Shown here: positions 25,828-36,940 of the stretch, one piece after another
Numbering within the stretch: position 1 is the first letter of the stretch
How the letters are laid out: every line of letters begins with the position of its first letter
From: Heptranchias perlo
Lineage: Eukaryota
Length of the DNA stretch: 64,000 nucleotides
Assembly (NCBI RefSeq): GCF_035084215.1
Contig: NC_090340.1
Span: 14,136,001 to 14,200,000 of the forward strand
Reading direction: 5' to 3'
The notes under the pieces: model-generated
What the model was told of the DNA's origin: nothing
The model's input: the letters and a program-made list of their open reading frames with translations, nothing else
Database searches by the model: none
Made by a program: the position numbers and the translations under genes

Positions 25828-25904
25828 GCTCCTGTGATGAGTAATGTTTGGCATGTATTATCTGAACAGCCATTGAAGAGCATTAAACAGATTACTCTGA
25901 GAGC
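25828..25904 (+). ncRNA. Box C/D snoRNA, SNORD45-like, copy 2
   Basis: C box 25834, intact Um172 guide, D box 25897, terminal stem gctc/gagc. Confidence 0.85.
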
Positions 25905-27113
25905 TTGGGATGTTATTTTACATTTCTTTGAATCGGTTCTGATCTACAGTCTAAGAGTAGTCTGTGTGTCCATGTAGCTGTAGTTAGAAGTTTTTAATAC
26001 CTGTGGTAGCCACTTTGTTAGCCCACTTGACCATGTAACTGAAAGCTCTCAATTCACCAACTCACACCATAAGTGTCAGCTTTACAACAGTGAGTACTTT
26101 AAGTGGGTCATCGCCTGTTTGGAGCAGGGTGATTTTTTTTGTTAAATCTTGGGTACGGTAGCGTAATGGTTATGTTACTGGACTAGTAATCCAGAGGCCT
26201 GAATTAATAATAATAATTAATAATAATCAAATCCCACCAGGGCAGTTTGAGAATTTGAATTTAGTTTTTTAAAAAGCTGGTACCAGTAAAAGTGACCATG
26301 AAGTTATTGGTTCACTAATGTTCTTTAGGGAAGGAAACCAGCCGTTCTTACCCGGTCTGGCCTACATGTGACTCCAGCCCCACACCAATAAGGTTGACTC
26401 TCAATTGCCCTCTGAAGTGGCCTAGCAAGCCACTCGGGGCAACTTGGGATCGACAATGAATTCCAGCCTTGCCAGAAATGCCCACATCCTGAGAATAATT
26501 TTTTTTAAATTATGGCATTGCTGGCAAGTGTCAGTGTTTTTCTGGAGCTTTGTTTGTGTTGCTAGTGTTGTCATTTTTGATAAGGAACTGGATAAAAACA
26601 TTCCGAATAACTCACTGTAGATGTTTATTTCCTTTAAAGGTGTTTTGCCAACACTGTTCTTTCTATATAAAAATATCAGACTAATCGTTTAACTTTCACA
26701 TCCTTTTGTTTTATTCCTGTCTCTCTTTGATCAGTGTGTGCTGATGACATCGTTGAGGGATGAGCCAGGATAATACTGAGGCCAATCACGGGAAGATGAC
26801 GACTTTAAATCAAATGCCCACAGTTAAAAACGACATCAGTTTCTGTTTACGGAGCAATGTTTGAGGCACGTTCAGCCCACGGAGGCAGCGATTTGCGGAG
26901 GTACGTTGTGTCCAAGTTTGGAACTTAATGTTAAGCAGCTGGTACAATCATGGCAAATTATTAGATTGCATAATTAAATTAGTGAACTTTTTTTTACAAA
27001 TAATATGCAATGTTTTTTTATAATAAACAAGATAGAATCATTCTCGTGGCTATTTCTAATTATATAAACTGCACAATTTTCAGTTTGATTGCTGGAAATG
27101 TCCTCTTCCCTCA

Positions 27114-27191
27114 GGTTCTGTGATGAGTAATGTGTGGCAAGTAGAATCTGAGTGGCCAGTGAAGGTTATTAAAGTCTTTACTCTCAGAACT
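27114..27191 (+). ncRNA. Divergent C/D snoRNA copy 3 (altered guide, D box CTCA)
   Basis: C box 27120, guide TGTGGCAAGTAGAAT before D' CTGA, CTCA at the D-box position 27183. Confidence 0.6.
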
Positions 27192-27906
27192 TGGGATATT
27201 CCTGTACATTTGCTGAATCAGTTCACTGATCCTCATATTTGGACAGTGGAAGTTTTTATAATGATGGAAATACTTGATCCTGATACTTGTACTAGCCTAC
27301 TTTGTTAACTCTGCCACATAACTTACAGCTGTACAAATGACGGAAGTTTCAGGGTTTTCTGTTCACCTTTTCCCTGCTGAATATACAGCCCCACAGGGTT
27401 GAATATAGCAGGTGTCACCAACTTGGAGCAGGAAAGAATCTTTAAAAAACCCAACGTCCTTTTCATTGGTGAATCATACAAGTCTCGGTACAATATTTTT
27501 CTAATGCTGTGATATTTGAGACCTGAATGGTGTCACCGAGAGGCTCTCCAAAGAAAGGGTTTGCACAGCAATATCCCTTGTGTCAAAATCCAACTGAACA
27601 AATTCTCACACAACTTCAACTTCTTTTGGTTTGAACAGTGCCCTCTGGCGATGTCATTGGAGATCACCGTGTGAAGATATCCAGTGAAATGAAGCATCAA
27701 AGGTTAAGAATTACATTGATTAGTGTTAAAGGAAGCATAAAGAGCCTAAAGGGAATGATGGGCACAAGCAGTGACTGTAGATTTGAAACCAGCGCTGAAC
27801 AACGTTTAAAACCATGGCAAGACTAACAAGCGCAGGTATTTTACTTGTTTAAAAAAATGTATTTTTTCATAGCTTGTTGTAAAAATGATGTTCATTTCTC
27901 CAACCT

Positions 27907-27983
27907 GGTTTTTTGATGAGTAATGTTTGGCATGTATTAACTGAACAGCCAGTGAAGGGCATTAAATTTATTATTCTGAGACC
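27907..27983 (+). ncRNA. Box C/D snoRNA, SNORD45-like, copy 4
   Basis: C box TTGATGA 27913, intact guide, D box 27976, terminal stem ggtt/gacc. Confidence 0.8.
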
Positions 27984-29365
27984 ATCGGATGTTTCCTTCC
28001 ATTTTGTAGAATCTGTTAACAGGCCGTATTATCCTGGACAGTAAATGTATTTATAACGCTGCAAGTACAGTGTGTCTAATAACGTTGTAAGTGGAGGGTT
28101 TTATTATGATTAGTGCCCATTTTGTTAATTTACTAAAAATAAATTCTAAAAGCTTTCAAATGTACCAAAGCGTTCTGTTTCTCTTAACCATCACCCTATG
28201 GAGCATATGGGGCTTCGTTGAAATTGAGCACACGAAAAATTGTAATGTGTTCTTTAAAGGGGAATTGTCAACAGTTTAGATCAGGATAGGGCCCAATGTC
28301 ATTTTTGTTGGTGATCTCATCACTCCTCTCATCTGAGGCAGAAGGTTGTGGGTTCTAGCTCCATTCCAAGACTGGAGCACATAATCTAGACTGACGCTTC
28401 AGTGCAGCACTGAGGAGTGATCTTGGTGTTTGGCCACACTGGTCTCTCAATGGGTGCTGTTAAAAAAGATCAACTGGCCAATCATATCGTTGGTGTTTGA
28501 GATCTTCCTGTGTCAAAAGGGCTGCCCTATTTGCCTACATAACAGTCACTGTTCTTCAAAGTAATTGATTGTACGTCGAGCACATGGACACGTCTCTGAG
28601 ACATGTGGCGTTGTGTAAATGTGAGTCATGCATCATTTCAGCATACTAGTTATGATGTGATGGCTGTCATTGTGTTGATACACAGATGGGTCAAAACCTG
28701 TCCCAAAAACTTTCCATGGGTGTTTTGTGTTACTTTAAAGAAGGAGTTTTGCTAACAGTATCCCTCCAGCCCAACAATCAGGACTAATCCAAAGACATCT
28801 CACTAATCTTTAATGTCTTTTAAGTCTCTGAACAGTGCACCATGCCGATCTCATTTAAGGGACTGCTTGGAAGGAGTTATTTAATCCCACTGTGAAGGTG
28901 GTGAAAATGCTTGTTTGAAATGAAGAATCGATGGATAATCATGGGGCCCATTGATGTCTAAGGAGCGAAGAGAGGGTACACACAGTGACTTGAGGTACAA
29001 TGCTGTCTGTATTCTTGGAACTTTATGTTGAGCAACAGTTTACAATCTTGGCAAAACCGTAACCTGCCAGAATAAATAGCTGTAATTATTTCATGTGCAC
29101 AACATGATGGGGTTTAACTTCTGTGATACACTGGATAACATGTTTGTGTACAATTCCAATGTGTGCTATCTTAGAGTAACCAATTTGCTGGTTAACTGCT
29201 TCAAAATACCTGTTAAAATGCACTTGACAGTTTAATGACTGCATTAAAATACTACACAAAGAAAAATGTAATTATATGAATCTTGATTTTTTTTTTTTGC
29301 TGCTTGTGTAAAACTAGGTTTTTAAATCTGATCCCTGGAAGTGCTCTCTTTCTCCTCCTCTCCCT

Positions 29366-29442
29366 GCTTCTGTGATGAGTAACATTTGGCATGTATTATC
29401 TGAACAGCCATTGAAGAGCATTAAACTGATTACTCTGAGAGC
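29366..29442 (+). ncRNA. Box C/D snoRNA, SNORD45-like, copy 5
   Basis: C box 29372, intact guide, D box 29435. Confidence 0.85.
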
Positions 29443-30642
29443 TTGGGATATTATTCTACATTTTGCTGAATCGGTTCTGATCTACAGTCTAAGGGTAGTC
29501 TTATGTGTCCACATAGCTGTAGGTAGAAGTTTTTAACACCTGTGGTGGCCATTTTGTTAGCCCACTTGCCCATGTAACTGAAAGCTCTCAACTCACAGTT
29601 TTACAATAGCTGCATTGGTGAGTATTTTAAGTGGGTCATCGACTACTTGGAGCGGGATGATTTTTGTTAAATCTTGGGTATAGTAGCATAGAGGTTATGT
29701 TAATGGACTAGTAATCCAGAGGCCTGGATTAATAATAATAATGAGTTAAGATCCCACCAGAGCAGTTTGAGAATTTGAATTTAGTTTTTTTTTTAAATCT
29801 GGAAATAAAGTGCTGGTACCTGCAAAAGTGACCATGAAGCTCTCCTATAGTGAACCCGCCATCTTTACCCGGTCGGGCCTATAATGACTCCAGCCCCACA
29901 CCAATGCGGTTGACACTCAACTGCCCTCTGAAGTGGCCTAGCAAGCCACTCAGGGCAACAAGGGATAGACAATGGATGCTGGCCTTGCCAGAAATGCCCA
30001 CACCCCGAGAATGAATAATTTTTTTCAAAAATTGTGATATTGCTGGCAAGCACAGTGTGATATTTTTCTGGAGCTTTGTTTGTGTTGCTAGTGTTGTCAT
30101 TTTTGATAAGGAACTGGATAAAAGCATTCCGAATAACTCAATGTCTATGTTTATTTCCTTATAAAGGTGTTTTGCCAACACTGTTCTTTATAAAAATATC
30201 AGACTAATCGTTTAACTTTCATATCCTTTTGTTTTATTCCTGTCTCTCTTTGATCAGTGTGTGCTGATGACATCGTTGAGGGATGAGCCAGGATAATACT
30301 GAGGCCAATCACGGGAAGATGACGACTTTAAATCAAATGCCCACAGTTAAAAACGACATCAGTTTCTGTTTACGGAGCAATGTTTGAGGCACGTTCAGCC
30401 CACGGAGGCAGCGATTTGCGGAGGTACGTTGTGTCCAAGTTTGGAACTTAATGTTAAGCAGCTGGTACAATCATGGCAAATTGTTAGCTTGCATAATTAA
30501 TTAGTGAACCATTTTTTTTTACAAGTAATGTGCAATATTTTTCTTTATAATTAACAAGATAGAATCATTCTCGTGGCTATTTCTAATTATATAAACTATG
30601 CACAATTTTCAATTTGATTGCTGGAAATGTCCTCTTCCCTCA

Positions 30643-30720
30643 GGTTCTGTGATGAGTAATGTGTGGCAAGTAGAATCTGAGTGGCCAGTGAAGGTTATTA
30701 AAGTCTTTACTCTCAGAACT
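30643..30720 (+). ncRNA. Divergent C/D snoRNA copy 6 (same as copy 3)
   Basis: C box 30649, altered guide, CTCA at 30712. Confidence 0.6.
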
Positions 30721-31460
30721 TGGGTATTCCTGTACATTTGCTGAATCAGTTCACTGATCCTCATATTGGACAGTGGAAGTTTTTATAATGATGGAAATAC
30801 TTGGTTCTGATACCTGTGCTAGTCTACTTTGTTAACTCTGCCACATAACTGAAAGTTTTAGGGTTTTCTTTTGGCCTTTTATCCTGCTGAGTATACAGCC
30901 CTAAAGGGTTGAGTGTGGTAGATATTGGTACATGTCACCAAATTGGAGCAGGAAAGAACCTTTAAAAAGCCCCAGTGTCCTTTTCATTGGTGAATCATAC
31001 AAGTCTCGGTACAATATTTTTCTAATGCTGTGATATTTGAGACCTGAATGGTGTCACCGAGAGGCTCTCCAAAGAAAGGGTTTGCACAGCAATATCCCTT
31101 GTGTCAAAATCCAACTGAACAAATTCTCACACAACTTCAACTTCTTTTGGTTTGAACAGTGCCCTCTGGCGACGTCATTGGAGATTGGTTGGGAGGAGGT
31201 TCTGAAGATACCCTGTGAAGAAAACCAGTTGAAATGAAGCATCAAAAGTTACATTGATTAGTGTTAAAGGAACCATGTGAGAAGCATAAAAAGACTAGAG
31301 TGAATGATGGGCGGTGACTGTAGATTTGAAACTAGTGCTGAACAATGTTTAAAACCATGGCAAGACTAACAAGCGCAGGTATTTTACTTGTTTAAAAAAA
31401 ACAATGTATTTTTTCATAGCTTGTTGCAAAAATGATGTTCATTTCTCCAATCTGATTCCT

Positions 31461-31537
31461 GGTTCTGTGATGAGTAATGTTTGGCATGTATTAACTGAAC
31501 AGCCAGTGAAGTGCATTAAATTGATTATTCTGAGACC
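31461..31537 (+). ncRNA. Box C/D snoRNA, SNORD45-like, copy 7
   Basis: C box 31467, intact guide, D box 31530, terminal stem ggtt/gacc. Confidence 0.85.
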
Positions 31538-32894
31538 GTAGGATGTTACCTTCCGTTTTGTAGAATCTGTTCACTGGTCGTATTATCCTAGACAGTAAAT
31601 GTATTTATAATGCTGCAAGTACAATGTGTCTAATAACATTGTATGTGGAGGTATTTAATATTTATACTGCCTATTTTGTTAATATACTAAAAAGAGTTAA
31701 AAGCTCTCAAGTGTAGTATAGCTTTCTGTTTCTCTTAACCTTCACCCTACTGACACTTTGTTGAAATTGAGCACACGAAAAATTGTAATGTGTTCTTTAA
31801 AGGGGAATTGTCAACAATTTAGATCAGGATAGGGCCCAATGTCATTTTTGTTGGTGATCTCATCACTCCTCTCATCTGAGGCAGAAGGTTGTGGGTTCCA
31901 GCTCCATTCCAGGACTGGAGCACATAATCTAGACTGACGCTTCAGTGCAGCACTGAGGAGTGATCTTGGTGTTTGGCCACACTGGTCTCTCAGTGGGTGC
32001 CGTTAAAAAAGATCAATAGGCCAATCATATCGTTGGTGTTTGAGATCTTCCTGTGTCAAAAGGGCTGCCCTATTTGCCTACATAACAGTCACTGTTCTTC
32101 AAAGTAATTGATTGTATGTCGAGCACATGGACACGTCTCTGAGACATGTGGCGTTGTGTAAATGTGAGTCATGCATCATTTCAGCATACTAGTTATGATG
32201 TGATGGCTGTCATTGTGTTGATACACAGATGGGTCAAAACCTGTCCCAAAAACTTTCCATGGGTGTTTTATGTTCCTTTAAAGAAGGAGTTTTGCTAACA
32301 GTACCCCTCCAGCCCAACAATCGGGACTAATCCAAAGATGTCTTGCTAATCTTTAATGTCCTGTTATATCTCTGAACAGTGTACCATGCCGATCTCGTTA
32401 AGAGACTGCTTGGGAGGAGTTACTTAGTTCCCACCGTGTGACAGTGGTGAAGATGCTTGTTTGAAATGAAGAATCGATGGATGGTAATGGGACCCATTGC
32501 TGATTAAGGAGCTAATGTGAGACGCGCACACAGAGACTTGAGGTACAATACTGTCTGTATTCTTGGAACTTTATATTGAGCAACAGTTTGCAATCTTGGC
32601 AAAGCAATAACCTGCCAGAATAACTAGCAGTAGTTATTTCGTGTACACATTACATGGGTTAATTACTTCAGTTATTGCACTAGTTAACGCATTCAAGAAG
32701 TTATGCAGTTAACAGGCTAATTGCATTAAATACCTGTTGACGAGTAATGACTATTAAAATACTGTACAAAGGATTTTGGTCTACTGCGCTTTTTAGGAAT
32801 GATTATATCTATTTAGATATAATTGTTGCTTTTTGTGTAAAACTAGATTTTATCTATCCTGGGAAGTGCCCTCTTTTCCCCTCCCCTGTGCCCT

Positions 32895-32972
32895 GGTTCG
32901 GTGATGAGTAATGTTTGGCATGTATTATCTGAACAACCAGTGAGGAACATTTAAAATAACTACTCTGAGAGC
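32895..32972 (+). ncRNA. Box C/D snoRNA, SNORD45-like, copy 8
   Basis: C box 32901, intact guide, D box 32965. Confidence 0.8.
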
Positions 32973-35196
32973 TTGGGATCTTCCTTTACGTTTTGCTGAT
33001 TCCATTTACATGTCATCATGTATGGGCAGGGAAGGTGTTTATAATACCCTTATAGTGGTTCTTAAATATCTGCAGCTCCATTTCCTCAGCCTGCTTGACC
33101 ACATAACCATAATGTGCTGTAGGTCTTGGTTTTCAACCTATAGTCTGCTGGATATATAAAACCTTCATGGGGTTGAGCAATGTCGCTGTGGCTCTTTTGT
33201 GAAGCTGATTGGCACAGTGGGTGAGACATTCATCTCTGGACCTCTGTATTGAAGACAGTTGGTGTTGATTGCATTTACATTAAACAGTGGTGTCAGTGAA
33301 AAGGGGCTTGTTTTTGATTGTGCTCACATGTTGGAATGCAAACCTGGAGTCTCCGCAGCAGGGAGCCTCATTCCACTTCTCTGCAGCAAGAGCTTGGGCC
33401 CTGAATCCAGGATTTACATAGCAACTTCTTTGTGTTGACGTGAAGTTAAACTGCTTTGCACTGATGCTACAGAAGCAGAGTAAATGGAGCCACTAATGCA
33501 GGAAAGCTTTCCTCCTAGCTCTCCTATAGCTTTATGGGCCCAGGTGAAATGGCTTTGGGCAGTTTTGAATCCGGTCTTTTGAATGTGTATTCATAGTGTA
33601 AAGCTACATTGGAGCCACCCCCACCCCCGACCCCCCCCCCCCCGATCAGCTGAAATTTTACAGGATGGTGTCTCATAGCACAGATTTTGTTTGTATTTGT
33701 TCATCTTTTCTTGGTGAATTAACTAACAATGTTTTGTAATTTTTTTGTATTCCTGTACTGAGGGTATTGCTGGACTGTGTGTGTAAGACCAAAATTTGAG
33801 GTCTGAATTATCCAGCAGTTTCCATTGTCCACCCATGGGGAGTGGGCTTTAGATGACAGATAATGGATGTTCAGTCCTACCCATAAATGCAGAAGAAACT
33901 TCCACTAAATTGATCTTGTTCGGAGAGGTCGTCTTTGTTGAATCAAGTTGTTGGGGCAAATTAAGGGATTGTGTGTCAGGTTGACTGTCTGAATTGGTGG
34001 AACTTATTTCTAACACTGTACCATGCCATCTCCACTTCATGGTGCTTTCACCAGCTGACAGTACCCAGCTTGCCTCCAGTACATAGGGCAGGAACGAATG
34101 GGTACAAATACACTTGAGGCCAGTCATCGGATAACTGCGCTGTGTGATTTGGCACTAAGCCACACAGACCTAGAATATCCTGGGATTGACCCCTGGACTG
34201 TGCGGAGTCCAGCTGGACAAATAGTTTATCTTCCTGGCAGCTTGGTAGAGAACAATTCAGCCATTTAAGTATTTTGCAATTTGGCACAGGAACTCTTGCC
34301 TATTTTCTGGGGGGAGAAAGAGTACATGTTCAGAATATTCGCATTTTCATTTGACAGGATACTTTACTTATTGTGAAATTTGTTTCAGCTGCTGAGGATC
34401 TCAGAACCTGCCACTCACAAGCAAGGCCGTCACTCACTGTCTTCAGATACAACATTCTGTCCCAACTCCAGATGTTTTCCACACCCTGCGACCAGGGTCC
34501 ACAGGTCTGAAGAGGCTTCCGGTCCCATTATAGAGCAGGAACATGGGTTAAGCAATCCACGCGCTGACTCAGTCACCTGAAAGACTGCCCCGCTGACTAA
34601 TGTTTGGTAGGCTGCTGAGAGGAAAGATCTGAAAAAGAAGCCCCTTGGTGGCTCTACAGAATATGTCTGACCCGAAATCCTTGGAGTAAATGTCAGTGTT
34701 GTCTCGCTACGCGAGAGGCCTCCTGCTGGGAGGAGTTTTGTGGGTTACTTTTAGGTCCTGTGGGCCCATTGCTCAAGGAAAATGTTGTGACTGTTAAACA
34801 AACACTGTGAGACCCAGATATCCACGATACATATATGAAGGTTTATTAAGCATAAGCCAACGTGAACAATAGCACAATAACAAGCGATCAAAGAGGTACA
34901 TTTACAATCGAGACGTCTGAAGAGATTCTAGAGGCACCATGCGGACAACCAGTGCACCCATGTGGGTGAATCCTCAAACGGAGGCCCAAAAAAAGCCCAA
35001 GGTTGGATTTATAATCTGGCTGCAAGCCAATTAGAGCATGCATGTGCTGCACCTCTCTGACTTTCTCAATTTTGCTGGGTTCGTGCCCACAACCTTCTGA
35101 CCTTCCCAACTCTTGTCTGTGTCCCAATCTAGAATCTTAATTACATTTAGACCATGTGAGAAAGTAGTAACTGATAATATTGTGTAATGTATGTAA

Positions 35197-35206
35197 AATA
35201 AATAAA
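35197..35206 (+). terminator. Candidate polyadenylation signal of the host gene
   Basis: Overlapping AATAAATAAA followed by GT-rich sequence. Confidence 0.5.
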
Positions 35207-35635
35207 TTTATATCTGTTAAAACTGACTTGTGTTGAAGATGTAGCATCAGAGTCTGCCTGACCTTAGCAGTCTCTCCCTTCGAAAGGAATCATGCCACAG
35301 GATACTGATTTCACAAAACAGCTTCTCACTTACCCGAGATTAAAAATCTCTAGCCATGCGATTTGAATTGTTGGGAGACCAGCAGTTTTTTGTGTCAGTC
35401 CCAGAGAGCTCTTAAAATTGCTCAGAGCTTTGAAGCAGGGAAATGGTGAGTTCGCTCTGAGAAGTCTGAAATGTAACGCTGCACAGAGTGGTCACAGCCT
35501 CTAGACATCTTTAGTATTCTAGTTTGACTGAGTTGCACATACTCTGCATTACAAGTGTATGCTAATGGAGGTAACCAGCCAGTTGCAGGCCCCTTCCACT
35601 TTTTTTTTTAAGAGGGAACAGTACAATATACATAA

Positions 35636-36065
35636 TTGTCAGCCTTGACTCAGTGGGTATCACTCTCACCTCTGAGTGAGACGGTCACAGGCTCAAGTCC
35701 TACTCCAGAGACTTGAGTGCATGGTGCAGTACTGAGAGCGTGCTGGCCTGTTGGAGGTGCCATCTTTTAGATGAGGCGTTAAACTGAGGCCCTGTCTGTC
35801 CCCTCAGGTGGACGTAAAAGATCCCACTGCACTATTTCAAAGAAGAGCAGGGAGTTCTCCCTGGTATCCTGGCCAATGTTTATTGCTCAACCAACATCAC
35901 TAAAACAGATTATCTGCTCATTTATTTCATTGCTGTTTGTGGTACTTTGACTGCCGCATTTTGCTACGTTACAGCAGTGACTACACTTCAAAGGTACTTC
36001 ATTGGAAGTGCATTAGAATGTCCTGCGGATGTGAAAGACACTATAGAAATGCAGGTTCCCTTTCA
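35636..36065 (+). mobile_element. Deu-domain SINE
   Basis: Similar to 732-1195. Confidence 0.8.
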
Positions 36066-36255
36066 TATAAGCCAAAAATGGAAAAGTTACTAAAAAATGC
36101 ACTGCTCAGTCCTTGGATAGGCCCAGTGCACTACCTTTCCACCCTCCTTTCCCCAGCAATCCCCTCATCTCCAGCGGGCAGAATTCAGCTTTGGTTCTGA
36201 ACTAGTGTCCAGAATAAGCTTCTTTATCACTAACCCTTTCACAGGATGATTCAGT

Positions 36256-36940
36256 GTGTTGTAAACAATTTTACAACAACAAGTTATAGTCCAACAACTT
36301 TATTTGAAAATCACAAGCTTTCGGAGGCTTCCTCCTTCCTCCAGTGAATGTGGAAATGAAATCCTCGAACCTTTCGCATTTATAAATCACAGAACAATAC
36401 CTGGTGATTACAGATAGTCTTTCCAACTGCCCGTTGCCAAGGCAATCAGAGTGTTCAGACAGGTGTTACCTACAGGGCCACCGAATATACAAACAACCAA
36501 AAAAAAAGAGAGGTAGAAACATCCGGAAGGAAGAGAAAGACAACAAATGACCCGTTATATTAAAAACAGATAACTTTTGTTCGCTGGTGGGGTTACGTGT
36601 AGCGTGACATGAACCCAAGATCCCGGTTGAGGCCGTCCTCATGGGTGCGGAACTTGGCTATCAATTTCTGCTCGACGATTTTGCGTTGTCGTGCGTCTCG
36701 AAGGCCGTCTTGGAGTACGCTTACCCGAAGGTCGGTGGCTGAATGTCCTTGACTGCTGAAGTGTTCCCCGACTGGGAGGGAACCCTCCTGTCTGGCGATT
36801 GTTGCGCGGTGTCCGTTCATCCTGTAGGTAATACCTCTCTGAACACTCTGATTGCCTTGGCAACGGGCAGTTGGAAAGACTATCTGTAATCACCAGGTAT
36901 TGTTCTGTGATTTATAAATGCGAAAGGTTTGAGGATTTCA
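36256..36940 (-). mobile_element. Penelope-like element fragment (C-terminal part of the GIY-YIG endonuclease) with a 120-bp inverted repeat
   Basis: ORF 36593-36820 reads MNGHR...PVGEHF...GH...EQKLIAKF...GLNRD; arms at 36357-36476 and 36821-36940. Confidence 0.85.

Larger units (their letters stand above)
23400..33050 (+). repeat. Higher-order tandem duplication, period about 3.53 kb, three snoRNA-intron monomers per unit (order C-A-B-C-A-B-C-A)
   Basis: Homologous offsets 25834/29372/32901, 27120/30649 and 27913/31467. Confidence 0.9.
22283..35225 (+). ncRNA. Non-coding multi-exon snoRNA host gene (SNHG-like, 5'TOP-like start)
   Basis: Exon 1 about 22283-22307 (gag|gtaggt). Repeated exons with ag|tg acceptors and gta donors at 25390-25536, 26735-26900, 27639-27835, 28836-28994, 30258-30423, 31160-31378 and 32380-32542. 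Exon 26735-26900 has stops in all three frames. AATAAA at 35197. Confidence 0.7.

Noticed and set aside
26744-26780. CTGATGA...CTGA in exon B, read as a small C/D RNA
   Set aside because: Only about 35 nt long, exonic, and without a recognisable guide.
23460-32972. Repeated cassettes as a CRISPR array or satellite
   Set aside because: The context is eukaryotic, spacing is kilobase-scale, and C/D boxes with an rRNA guide explain the repeats.
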